From positions 27,094,001 through 27,158,000 of the forward strand of contig OX597831.1 in NCBI GenBank assembly GCA_951406725.2: a stretch of 64,000 nucleotides of DNA, read 5' to 3'. This DNA is from Octopus vulgaris (lineage: Eukaryota). Position numbers and translations under genes: made by a program. The notes beneath the pieces were generated by a model that was not told the DNA's origin, searched no databases, and saw nothing but the letters and a program-made list of their open reading frames with translations. This document shows, one piece after another, positions 1 to 12,477 of the stretch; positions within the stretch are counted from its first letter, which is position 1; each line of letters starts with the position of its first letter.

Positions 1-230
1 TCTATATACATGTGTATGTTGTATATGTCCATATATTTGTGTACATGTGTGTGTATATATATTTGTGTACATGTGTGTATATATATTTGTGTACATGTGT
101 GTGTATATATTTTTGTGTACATGTGTGTATATATTTTTGTGTACATGTGTGTATATATATTTGTGTACATGTGTGTATATATATTTGTGTACATGTGTAT
201 ATATATTCTTGTGTGTATATGTTTGTGTTT
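1..230. repeat. Tandem ~24-26 bp unit TTTGTGTACATGTGTGTATATATA (intronic minisatellite)
   Basis: Unit repeated about 7 times. Confidence 0.85.
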
Positions 231-698
231 GTAGAGTATAATCTGCTATATTGTTACGCATCGCAACATAACAGTCGATATGCAACGAACTACAGCATGC
301 ATATATGCACACACATAATGAGTGCATATAACATGTTAATTCAAATAGTGTTGTGGGGCATGTGTACATATGTGCATTTATGTATTTACAAATGAGTGTG
401 TGTATATAATCAGAATTTGTTATGCTCTACTGAAATCAGTTTGTGGTTAAGAACAGTTACCTTATCAGAATAGGGTGATACTTTGAAATATAATTCGAAA
501 GAAACCCTAAAATTCTCAGGACACCCAACTTAAACTCCAAGACCTGGTAGATTTTGATAATATATAGAGATGTATATATGTTTGTGTGTGTATAAATTTA
601 GATGTATGTTTGTGTATGTTTCCATATGAATTTAGAACCTTGGGAGAACAACATGAAATACTTCTTTTGAGGAACGGTGGATCTGAAAGCACATAAAG

Positions 699-742
<44 letters not shown>

Positions 743-936
743 CTGTGTAAATATTGGGTTTAAAAATTTCTTTAATAGGGGTGGTGGAGGAAAAGGTCAA
801 AGGGTGCCTATTGGACTTGGGTTCACATCTATATACATGACAGATGCTCTACTATTGTACCAATGTAATATGTATACATGTATATGTTTGTGTGTATGTG
901 ATATTTGTACTAAATTTTCTTTCTTCTCTTTTGCAG

Positions 937-1034
937 GAGGTTATGCAACATTCAAAACCATCTTTCCTCGGTTGTGTATAGCGGAACGAGTTTTACTGGA
1001 CAGTTACCTTGACAAACCATCCACCAGCTACTTG
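937..1034 (+). CDS. DUSP1-like: MAP kinase phosphatase (DUSP1/2/4/5 class), internal exon encoding the end of the rhodanese/CH2 domain
   Basis: Polypyrimidine tract plus gcag| acceptor at 936/937 and |gtatgt donor at 1035. Encodes GGYATFKTIFPRLC..., the typical 'GG..F...FP.LC' end of the MKP rhodanese domain. Ends in phase 0, matching the next exon. Upstream exons lie outside the window. Confidence 0.85.
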
Positions 1035-1649
1035 GTATGTACTATTATACTGCACTTGGTTCTAGGCATCACTGCCATCAATACCATCATTATTTGTCAT
1101 TGATCACACCGCCACCACCACCTTGAGCATTATCATCATCATCATCACTATCATTATCATCATCATAGTCTTCTTTGCTGACAGCGACTGTTCAAAAATC
1201 TGTTTCTCCGACACCACTGCTTCTGCCACATCGTATCGGCCTTTATTTATATTCAAGAACACAGTCGTTACAGTTGCTTGATAAGCTAGAAATAGCAGCC
1301 AAATTTTTTTCATCACCCCAAGGAATGATATATTGGATAAGGGTGGTGTTATATGATTGACTTAGGATGGTCATGGTTTGGAATGTCTTAGATCATAAGC
1401 TGACCAGCCTTCTCCTTCCTCTCTTTTCTTTTTCTCTGAGGATCTATAGCCATTTGACTTCACCATAACTTTTCATGTCTGCCTAAGTCTACCTTTCCTT
1501 CTTGAGCGATGCATTCACATGTCCCTTAAAACAGCCTCCCCACTCTCTGTCCCCCCATACCAACACCCATCAAATGAAGTCTTTAGCACTTAGCATTTTT
1601 AGTGCTTTCATCCATTCAGTCCATCATTGCAACATAGACATCATTCTCA

Positions 1650-1826
1650 TTATTTAATGCCCGTTTTCCATGCTGGCATGGGTTGGATGGCTTGACCAAG
1701 AACAAAGCTGTCATGGCCAGGAATCTGCACCAGGCTCCAATTTTGACTTGGTTTCTATAGCTGGATGCCCTTCTTGGTACCAACCACTTTACATTGTGTG
1801 CTGGGTGCTTTTTACATGGCACCAGC
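1650..1826 (-). mobile_element. Old SINE/LINE-tail fragment (GGCATCCAGCyATAGAAAC family) in DUSP intron
   Basis: Reverse complement aligns by eye with 2490-2648. Confidence 0.6.
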
Positions 1827-2000
1827 AAATCAGACAAAAATGGTCTTATTTCTATACTAACCTAGATTGGAGCCAACAGGGCTGTTGTTGTTAAATGATC
1901 AATACTTGACCAATATTGATGTGGCCTAAAATCTTTTGAAATTCTATTCATATTTTGTTTCGCCCGTTTTAAGTTGTTTCTCTCGTTTGCTTCTTTCCAG

Positions 2001-2220
2001 GTTCATCCTGTAGAAATTCTCTCCCATGTATTTTTGGGTGACCACTGTCATGCTCGAAACATCGATCTGTTGAAGAAACTTGGAATGACCGCTGTCATCA
2101 ACGTGTCCAGTTCCTGCAACAACTACTTCCCCAACGATTTCCGTTATTTGACCATTCCAGTTGAAGACTCACAATATGCAGATTTGTCGTCCTGGTTCCA
2201 ACAAGCCATCACATTTATTG
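2001..2220 (+). CDS. DUSP1-like: MKP/DUSP exon, N-terminal half of the dual-specificity phosphatase catalytic domain
   Basis: ttccag| acceptor and |gtatgt donor. Encodes VHPVEILSHVFLG...LKKLGMTAVINVS...YLTIPVEDSQYADLSSWFQQAITFI, with the general-acid Asp in VED. 220 nt, phase-1 end. Confidence 0.95.
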
Positions 2221-2489
2221 GTATGTATGACGACTCTACTCTGGCTACATGTTGCTGTGTGTGTGTGTGTATGTGTGTAAATCCATATCTGTGTGCGTGT
2301 CTGGCACTAAATATGTGTGTGTGTGTGTGTGTAAATCCATATCTGTGTGCGTGTCTGGCACTAAATATGTGTGTGTGTGTATATATATATATATATTGAT
2401 GTATGGATAGGTATCTATGTATTTGTGAGTGTGTTGCTAGATATGTGTCTGTGATATCTATATGCATGTGTATACACACACATACCTGT

Positions 2490-2648
2490 GCTGGTGTCAT
2501 GTAAGAAGCGCTAAGTGCATTCTGTAGAGTGGTTGACATTTGGAAGTGCATCCAGCCATAGAAACAATGCCAAAAAAAGGTAATTGGAACCTGGGCAGCT
2601 CTCCAGCTGACCGCCTTCTGCCAAACTGTCCAACCCATGGCCGGCATG
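2490..2648 (+). mobile_element. Old SINE/LINE-tail fragment, same family as 1650-1826, opposite orientation
   Basis: Shared blocks GCTGGTG.CATGTAA, AGTGGTTG, GCATCCAGC.ATAGAAAC and TCCAACCCATG. Confidence 0.6.
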
Positions 2649-2770
2649 TGTATATGTGGGTAGATGATGTACGAGTCTGCATGTTTCTTCTCTCATTTAC
2701 ATTTTCCTATTTAATAGACCAAAATATGGACTGACCCCATATTTACCTTCCTTTCATTTATTCTTTTCAG

Positions 2771-3108
2771 ATCAAGAAAAAAGTGTTGGCGGTCGTGTCC
2801 TTGTACATTGCCACGCAGGCGTCAGTCGGTCAGCAACAGTGTGTTTGGCCTACTTAATGCAGTACGATGGTTTAGGGCTGGACAGCGCCTTCGAATACGT
2901 ACAGAGTCGTCGCAGTGTGATCTCACCAAATCTGAACTTCATGAAGCAGCTACAAGACTTTGAAAAAGAACTGTCTGAATCGTCCCCACCGAAGGATCCC
3001 TATCTGAAATCTCCATGTCGGATAGAGGCCCCATTCACGTTTTGTTTCCCTGAATTCTGTCCATCGTTGCAACACAAGCATAACAGTCCTCTTGCTTCAC
3101 CGACCTAG
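2771..3108 (+). CDS. DUSP1-like: MKP/DUSP terminal coding exon with the catalytic HCxxGxSRS motif
   Basis: ttttcag| acceptor in phase with the previous exon. Encodes DQEKSVGGRVLVHCHAGVSRSATVCLAYLMQ...AFEYVQSRRSVISPNLNFMKQL, then an SP-rich tail (SPLASPT) and TAG at 3106-3108. Confidence 0.95.
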
Positions 3109-3937
3109 ATCAGGCTCACAATGCCCTAGAGGGGTACGAGACTTGACTTGCGTTAATATGGCCAAAAACCAACTTGACTCTTTTCATCTTTTTTTTTTTT
3201 TTCCTTAAGATGAGAAGCAAAATAAGGGCACTTAACTGTTTTTTTTTTTCCTTTCAATGTCCCTCCCTACTTGGTGAGAGCTAGTAAGATTTTGAACTGA
3301 CTCTATGGAATGTTGGACATTCCAAGATATTCCGGTGAGCAGAAAGCACTGCTACATTTAACATTGCTCTTCTCTAACAGAGCAGCAACAAGAAAGGGGA
3401 GTGATTCTATTGTACATGGCCCATCTCTTACAGAGCAAGGGCATGAAGGGGTGCAATTCCATTTAATATTAATTCAATTTACCTTAACATCCTAACAATA
3501 AATTTAATTAACAAGCCATGGCTTTTCCTCTTTTTGTATTTTTTTTTTTTTTTTTTTTTTTACTTTTAATTATTGGCATCTCGTCCCATTTTCATTCCGT
3601 GTTGGATGAAAAGAAAGGGCATGGCCCCTACCACCCATTCTGCGAGAGAAATTCCTTTTGTTTTGGGGTTTAAGAAACGAAAAATTGAATTCCTATCTAT
3701 TAGCGTCATTCCAAACAAAGTTAGAAGAAGGGAGTTGATGCGGAGTACAAGATAATGGATCTTGCAGGATGCAGTACTGAGGTGCTTGTCTGCAAAAACA
3801 TCGACCAAATGAAGTGTATTTGTGTGTGATGCATTTACACACACACACACACACAATCTCACACATATATCTACACTGTGTATGTATATATATGTATGCA
3901 CACAGGTATATATGTGGGTATGTTTGTGTATGTGTGT

Positions 3938-4009
3938 GTCTCGGTAGTATAGTGGTAAGTATCCCCGCCTGTCATGCGGGAGACCGGGGTTCGATTCCCC
4001 GCCGGGGAG
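3938..4009 (+). tRNA. trnD-GTC: tRNA-Asp (GTC), probably a pseudogene copy
   Basis: Nearly identical to metazoan tRNA-Asp (..CTCGGTAGTATAGTGGTAAGTATCCCCGCCTGTCATGCGGGAGACCGGGGTTCGATTCCCCGCCGGGGAG). The first two acceptor bases are GT rather than TC, position 38 is T, and no oligo-T terminator follows. Confidence 0.8.
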
Positions 4010-4022
4010 GCTTCCATGATGA

Positions 4023-4062
<40 letters not shown>

Positions 4063-5597
4063 TCACATATATACATACATACTGATGCACATACACGCAC
4101 TTCACTATACTGTCTCAATAGGAATTTCTGGAGGCAAGAATTACTCGGAATGGGTGGGGCGTTGGGGTACAGATGCCAAGGGGAAGTCAAAAGTTGCAGG
4201 ATGGTTAGGGTGATAGGAAGAGAAGGGAAGTTGAAGAACCACCATAAGGGGTTTTTTTTTTCTTTACATTATTCATGAAGGTGCTGGACCAAGAGATTGG
4301 TGAAGGGTCGAATGACCCTGATATTAGGGAGCAGGGATTGGAGGGTTGGCTGGCTTGCTTGCTTGCTTGTCAACCAGCTAGCACATACATGTACATATAT
4401 ACATGTACATATATACATGTATGTATATGTATGTATGTATATATGTATGTATACATGTATGTATATATGTATGTATATGTATGTATGTGTATATATATAT
4501 GTATATGTATGTATGTGTATGTGTATATATATATATATATATGTTAAATGCTTTCTATATCCACACTTGGATTCTTCTGCTTTGCTATGCTCCATAACCC
4601 CTCTTCACTGGACAGATAAGAGTTTAAGGGTGGAATTTGAATAAAGGAAATTATATAGCTCATATATACATGCACACATATACAGACATATATACATGTA
4701 TACATATACGTGTGTGTATGTGTGCGTGTGACGAATGTGTGTATAAAGAAATGTTAAAAGGTTTTGCGGACTGGCTATGTTGCGTGATGGGCACGATTAA
4801 TTGAAACGAACAATATATTATATATGTACATTATACCTGTGTATGTGTTATGGAGTTTTATATACATGTGATGTGTATATATTATTGTATTGACTGAAGT
4901 AATTAGAATTTTTCTTTTGTTTTTTTGTTTCTTTTGTTTTTGTTTTTTTTTTTCAAAAGTGTACAGATCAAAAACAAAAAAATTATATATATATGTTTAT
5001 ATATATATATTATAATTTGCATGTGTGTGTGCACACATGCATGTGTACATATGTTCATTAAAAAGAAATTTTATGTATTATATATATTTTTTTAAACAAA
5101 CAATCATCATCTGAACTCCCGTCTCCTTCCTTAGCCATTCATCTTTCTTCTTCCTCCTCTCGTTTTTCATTTGTAAATCACTTTGTCATTAAACAAAATC
5201 CGTTCTCCAATTTAAACATCTTTTTATTTTCCCCTCCCAGAAAATTTACCTTCATCTTCTACGTACAGATTCACATACACAAATGCACCTGTATACATAG
5301 ATACATTTTTATACACACATTTCGTATTTCAATGATAGTTCTCTCTCAAACCCCACCGACCATAATACAGAAGCCAACAAAGCCAAGAATTTAAAGATTT
5401 ACTAGAGCAATGCCACAGTGTCACGGGCTTTAAGTGCCACAACCTCAAATCCTTACCAAGTACCACCGATCCCTAGGATTTTTTTTCTTTTTTTTTTAAT
5501 TATTATTCCCAGAAAATTTTCAAAAGAATTTGACACTAATCAAACTTTTTATAACAAATGGCCCCTACCCTGAGGAGCCTTTTATTATTATTATTTT

Positions 5598-5785
5598 TAA
5601 GGTAGCCAGCTGGTAGAATCATTAACAAACCAGGGAAAATGCTTAGCGGCATTTCATCTGTCATTAGATTTTGAAGTTCCAAATTCTGCCAGGGCCAGGT
5701 TTACCTTTCATATTTCGGGCTCAATAAGTATTATTACTCATCCCCTACTCTGAAATTGCTGGCCTTGTGCCAAAATTTTAAACCA
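5598..5785 (+). mobile_element. Degenerate family A SINE
   Basis: Diverged match to the GGCGGCGAGCTGGCAGAA...GCCTTTCATCC family. Confidence 0.6.
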
Positions 5786-7748
5786 TTATTATTATTATTA
5801 TTATCTTATGAGGCTGCTGCCCTTACTGGTAACTCTCAGATCTTTTTTTTTTTACTCGGTTAACTTGAGAGAACTTCTACCCTTAGTCCCCACCACCCAC
5901 CAGTAGAGACACAGACAAGGATGAAGAGTGGTGACTTGTTAGGGGTCTACCTCATAGTGTTTAGTCCCCACTCAAGGGGCTACATTGTGGCAGCTCTTTT
6001 GTTAATTCAGTTGATCTAGGTTCTCTGATATGATGGATGCTGTATCTAGACAACAGTGTGTGTATGTGTGTGTTTGAGGATATTTCATGATAAAGACAAT
6101 CTCTAAGGACAATCTGGAAGAGGACAGTGTGCTACAATCAGCGCCATGCCGCCATACCCTGACACAAATCTTAGGAAAAATGTTATCTTCTTTTGTTGTT
6201 TTTTTTTGTTTTTTTTTCTTCTAAGATGAAGTTGAAAATGGGGAAAGATTTTAAAAAATGGAGAACAAGAAAAATAGGAAAATATATGGCCCCTAATCTG
6301 GGTTATATATATTCATGTGTGTATATATTTTATATATTTTAGATTCAAATGACACACAAGAGATATATCTAAATAGCTGTTCTAGAACTTTCTGCAATAT
6401 TTTTGACTTTTTGTTTTTTGTTATTGGAATTTTCCCCCCTGGTTTAATAATAATTATAATAGTAATTTTTTATAATTAATCCCTCACCTCCTAACCATAA
6501 AAGGGCATAACAGAAAAAAAATGGTATTGGATGAGGTGTGAGGTGGAAAATAGAATAAGAAAGTTCTACAACTTAACAGCTGACTGCATGTATGTATACA
6601 TATAAGTGTGACTGTGTGAGTGAACATCTATATATACATATGTGTATATGTATGTATGTATGTTTTTACTACACACATGTAACAGTAAAGGAATCCTCTG
6701 TCTTAGAAAAACTGTTATACTCATTATCAACTCGGTTGAGTATTCCACAGACACTTGTACTCAGAGTATCAGCATGACACTGTGTGACAAGACTGGGTTC
6801 TTGCAGATACAATCCATCAGATAAGTTCTCAGAGTCTCCATTTTTCCCAGTTCCACCATAACCAGGCCTCGGTCTTAACTCGGGGCAATGGTAAACATAA
6901 TAAACATTTGTACAAGATATCATTACGAGGGATTGGATTCCAGGAATTCAAACATTGCAAAGCAAACTTCTTAACTACTTGGCCAGGCTTGTGAACATAC
7001 AACGAGGAACCACAGATGATAGTCATCTGCGAAGCTGGAGCAATTACCATATATGCATATAAAGAAAAGGGAAGCAAGGTCAGAATTTGGATGAAAACCA
7101 TTTCCGAGATTCTTCGTGATGAATTCCTGAAAGAGACGAAAGTACTAAATAGTTTTTATCCAAATCCTGACCACCTCTTTTCCTAATATATAGAACCTGT
7201 ACACCACTTCAAACCATTTATACATACATACATATATATATATATATGTATACACACTAAGTAATAAACCTACCTCTCATTCTACCCACCTGATCCATAT
7301 CACTTTTTTTTTTTCTGTTTATCAATCATTAATTGTTCAATTAATTACCTCTTAATATTTTTTCATTGACCTTTTTTTTTTTTTTTTTACCTACCATTTT
7401 ATCATTCACCCACCTAAGAATATTAATATAATCCCCACCAAAGAAAAATAACTCAAAAACAATTTATATTTATTTATTTATTTATTATTAATCTTTTACT
7501 CTGAAGAAATTTCTCTTTAAAGAAACGAATAAATACTTCATACACCTCCCCCACCCCACCCACACACCTGCTGCCAAAGACGAGAACGTTTTCTAATTAA
7601 TTGTATTATAATGAAGAGAGTATGGTCTAACTGTATTATAAATATGAAGTAACTTTTTTTTTTCTTTTTATTACGTTTTTCATTTTATACCAGACTGCTG
7701 TGTTTTCCATGTCCTATGTGTGTATGTGTACATACATATATCTATGTA

Positions 7749-7787
<39 letters not shown>

Positions 7788-8821
7788 TCCTTTCTTGTGT
7801 GCGTGTGTTTATATAATCTGAACTGTTTTAGTAAACCTTTTATTTTGACAATTTTTTATATATATATATATATACATGACTTGCTCATGTTCTGTTTTTG
7901 TAATATGTGTGTGTGTGTGTGTGTATATACATACATATATATATGTATATATATACATCAGTGTATGTGTGTTAATATAATCTGCTGTACAAGTCCCCCG
8001 AATATTTCCCTTTGTTTCCTCCTCTACCAATCACCCACCCACTCTTTTACACACACAGACACACAACTAGAAAGCACTTTGTATTATATTTTTAGTTATT
8101 TTTTTGTCTTTTATTCTTAAATTTCTTTATACTCTTTCCATATTTACAATTCCATTTAATACAAAAATTTAAAATTGAAACCTGTGTTCTTTTGTCTTTC
8201 AAAATTTTTCTATCCATTTTATTGTATACGAATATTTTTACTGTATTTTCTGGCATAAAAAAATCAACAGGTTTATAAATAAACATGTAGTGTTTATTTA
8301 TTCAAACTTCATCACTATCTTTCTAATTTTCCTAAATCCCACTGCATTTCGCATGGAATTTTTAAGTCTTCTAAAGTCATCGTGGAGTGACAAAGTTGAC
8401 ACCTTTTTCGTTGTAAATTTTGGCCTGAAAAATTCAACTTGAATGCCAGAAAATATAGTAAATACATTTCAGATGTGGGCAGGTATCTGTCACTTGCAAC
8501 TTCTTTATATTTTAGTTAAGAATATAAGAAAGTTATTCTGGTTTATTAAAAAAAAAAAAAAAAAAAAGGCAATTTGAAAGTAGTTATCAGTTGTAATTAA
8601 CACCAGTTAGTGTCAGGAACATGATCTAAGAAAGAATCCAATACTGTTTGCTGCACCAAGATGGTACTGAAGAAGATTTCTTTACATGTCATCTAAAAAC
8701 AGACATCATGGATTGAATTAACTCCACCTTAGCTATTTCATCTTACATGTATGCATTATACACATTACTTATCTAACTAAATAAGACATCCCATCATTAG
8801 CTGTTCTTGACACCACACAGG

Positions 8822-8863
<42 letters not shown>

Positions 8864-9919
8864 ATATCTATATTGTGTACATGAAAATTAAAATTTGTGG
8901 TGTTTGACAGAATCAGTAGTTAGATATAAAGCATTTTAATGTTTTATATTCAAATCCTTTCTCAACCAATAAAATAACCAGTCAGTTGCTCCAGTTTGGC
9001 CTGAGTCTACCTGCAACAAACCAGTAAGTGTAAAAGATGTGACCCTTTGAAGCAACTTTTCCTTCAGCCTAACCCATGGAAAATGAATGCTAAATGATGA
9101 TGACGATGGCTCCCTCTCCAGCCACTTCCAATTAGCAGTGATGACTCTGTATCCTAAATCAAACTGCTAGATATTTCATAAATCACACTGTACCATCTTA
9201 AATAAAGAAGAGACATATTCAACAACGTCAGATTGGCAAATTTGAGCTGGATAAAATATCTTTGATGTTTGACATTCTGAATTTCAAATCTTGCCATGGT
9301 CAACATTACCATCCATCATTCTGTGTTGTTAATAAAGTACCAGTCATGCACTTGCATAGCATGGACTGCTGAACCTATTATTTAAAAATGAAGCCACAAT
9401 ACACAAAAAAAAAATTTAAATATCTTCTTAGTATATATATAATGGTGGTAAGTTCTACATCATCTGAAAAGGCATTAGTTGAACTATTAGTCTTCTTGCA
9501 TTCTAGGGGGTATTGGAGTGTTTGAGTGACATTGGACTCCAATAAATGCCCATGAATTAAAAGCATCTATCTGGGCCAAGGTCGTGGCCCATTGACTTGT
9601 GCCTGATGGCAACAATCATGGCCCTGTCGTGCTTTTTGTCTTAATCAAATTGCCAATCTGTAATGGGCTAAATCAGGCTTTACCTAGCCTAAACAACAAC
9701 AGTGACTGCAGTAAGAATTTGAACTTAGCACTTCAAGGCAGAGAACTACTGAAAGCATTTAAATTTTAAAATTTATTTGAAAGAGAATGGACTGTCACCT
9801 ACTTTCAGAAGGAACTACTCCCAGACAGAAAACATTGGTGTGGTCAATGTTCTTAAACCAAGATGACTATGTAAACACTGGCCAAATGTTCTGTACTCTC
9901 AGAGGTACTTTAATACAAC

Positions 9920-11000
9920 ACTGATGACTGAGTTGGGAGTGCCAACTAATGATTGGGGATGGAGTACGATATGATGGTTGGTGAGAGTGTACCAGTTGAT
10001 GACTGAAGTGGTAGTACTAGATGATGGTTGGAGATAGAGTACCAGCTAATGATAGTTGGGAGTACCATTTGATGACTGAGGAGGAAGTATTAGCTGTTGA
10101 TTGAGGAGGGAGTACCTGATAATGAATGGGGACAGAGTACCATCAGGTGATGATAAGTGAGAGTACTTGCTGCTGATTGATGAGGGAGTACTAGCTGTTG
10201 ATTGAGGATGTAGTACCAGATGATGACAGGTGGGAGTACCAGCAGGTGATTGGGGAGAGAGTATTTGATGAATAGAGATGGATTACCAGGCAGTGATTGG
10301 GGAGAGTAACAGTTGATGACTGGTGGGAATACCAAATGATCATTGAAAAAAGAGTACCAGATGATGATAGAGGTAGGAGGACCAGCTAGTAATTGAGGAG
10401 GGATTACCAAATGATTGAGGAAGAGTAGCAGATCATGATTGTCTTGGGAGTAGCCTAGGATCACTGAGGAGAAAGTACTAGCTGATGACTGAAGAGGCAG
10501 TACCAGCTGATGGTTGAGGTGGGAGTACCAGCTGGTGAGTGGAAAGAGTACCAGCTGATGACTGAGGAGAGAGTACTGGAAAATGATTGGAAAGAGAGTA
10601 CCAGCTGATGATTGAAGAGAGAGTACCAGCTGGTGATTGGAAAGAGTACCAGCAGATGACTGAAGAGAGGGTACCAGCTGATGGTTAAGGAGAGAGTATA
10701 CCAGCCGATGGCTGAAGAGAGAGTACTATTAAGTGATTGGAAAGAGAGTACCAGCTGATGGCTGAATGGGAGAACCAGCTGGTGATTGGAAAGTGAGTAC
10801 CAACTGATGATTAAAGAGGGAGTACCAGCTGATGGCTGAGGTGGGAGCACTGGCTGGTGACTGGAAAGAGAGTACCAACTGATGATTAAAGAGGGAGTAC
10901 CAGCTGATAGCTGAGGTGGGAGTGCTGGCTGGTGACTGGAAAGAGAGTACCAGCAGATGATTGAAGGAAGAGTACCAGCTGATGGCTGAGGTAGATGTAT
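9920..11000. repeat. Minisatellite, ~22-23 bp unit GAGAGTACCAGCTGATGATTGA
   Basis: More than 40 degenerate copies; produces spurious ORFs 10090-11054. Confidence 0.9.
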
Positions 11001-11122
11001 TGGCTGCCGGCTTCTTGGTTGGATTATCACAAAAATATCAATTGGGATTAGCATAATTGATTTAAGAAATAAGTAATACGTACATACATATTTATATTAT
11101 ATGCATAACGTGTATATGTATA

Positions 11123-11164
<42 letters not shown>

Positions 11165-11366
11165 CACACACATACTCATATATACAGAAGATTAATGGTC
11201 TTGGTTTCTCTGGTTCAAGGCTTATGCAGCAGTCAAAGTGTTGTGCTCTTCAGCAAGTTAATAACCATAGAACCTCTCAGAATTTTTGACAAGTTCATTT
11301 GCTTGAACAGTGAAGCATCAACGTCCTAGCTCCTTGCCCTTCATTAGAGAGCGAGAAAGATATATT

Positions 11367-11955
11367 CTTTTCTACTCTAGGCTGAAGACCCGAAATTTTT
11401 GAGGAGGGGACCAGTGGATTAGATCGACCTGAGTACGCAACTGGTACTTAATTTATCAACCCCGAAAGGATGAAAGGTAAAGTTGACCTCAGTGGAATTT
11501 GAACTCAGAACATAAAGACAGATGAAATAGCGCTAAGCATTTCGCCCGTCGTGCTATCATTTCTTATTTCTTTACTACCCACAAGGGGCTACACACAGAG
11601 AGGACAAACAAGGACAGACAAACGGATTAAGTCGATTATATCGACCCCTTATTTAATCGACCCCGAAAGGATGAAAAGCAAAGTCGACCTCGGCGGAATT
11701 TGAACTCAGAATGGAGCAGCAAACGAAATACCTAATTCTTTACTACCCACAAGGGGCTAAACACAGAGAGGACAGACAAACGGATTAAGTCGATTATATC
11801 GACCCCAGTGCGTAAATGGTACTTATTTAATATACCCCGAAAGGATGAAAGGCAAAGTCGACCTCGGTGGAATTTGAACTCAGAACGTAACGGCAGACGA
11901 AATACGGCTACGCATTTCGCCCGACGTGCTAACGTTTCTACCAGCTCGCCGCCTT
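11367..11955 (-). mobile_element. Cluster of three family A tRNA-derived SINEs (Meta-domain-like core)
   Basis: Three copies of CCCCGAAAGGATGAAAGGCAAAGTCGACCTCGGCGGAATTTGAACTCAGAAC; head CCAGCTCGCCGCC at ~11950. The core GCCTTTCATCCTTTCGGGGTCGATAAA..AGTACCAG resembles the MetaSINE domain. Confidence 0.9.
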
Positions 11956-12181
11956 GATAAGGAGAATGATATTGTAGCCTAAATTCATAAACTGACGACA
12001 ATAGTCTTGTTTGTATTAGTCAATAGAAAGCAATACAGATTATGGCCAGTTTCATGTGAATCCATATTTTAGATCAGAGGTTCTCAACCAATTTTTGTCT
12101 GTAGGACCCTTTGGTTCCTACTTTTTTTTCCACTGGAGGCCCTTTGCCAGTCAAGGTTTTAGAAATCCTATTATATTTTAA

Positions 12182-12402
12182 GCCCTTGGCGTTTAAACTG
12201 ATCGTATCAGGCCTGAGTATTCAACATGTTTTTTTTTGTTTAAACTTGCTAAATTCAGCCTCTCACGCCGTCCATAAAATGTCATTCTAAAAATATACAA
12301 TAATATCATTGAAATCTAGGAACATAATTAAAACATAATTAATTCAAACTGATTTGAATAAATAAGCATCATGCTTGGTAGAGTAATCTAAATGCTAAAG
12401 GG
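12182..12402. mobile_element. piggyBac-type MITE (degenerate)
   Basis: Right end AATGCTAAAGGG|TTAA; left end TTAA|gCCCTTGGCGTTT. Appears to be nested in a hAT-like fragment starting CAGAGGTTCTCAAC at ~12075. Confidence 0.55.
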
Positions 12403-12477
12403 TTAATACTTGAATATTATTTGGAATTGCATTAAAAAAAAATGTTAAAATATTTTGTGTATTGTAGATGTATAAGA

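Noticed and set aside
7495-7535. CTGAAGA...GAAAC hammerhead-like string
   Set aside because: No convincing stem I, II or III pairing.
10090-11054. Long repeat-protein-like ORFs (SAGTPS / ISWYS)
   Set aside because: They arise from the 22-23 bp minisatellite, whose unit length does not preserve frame.
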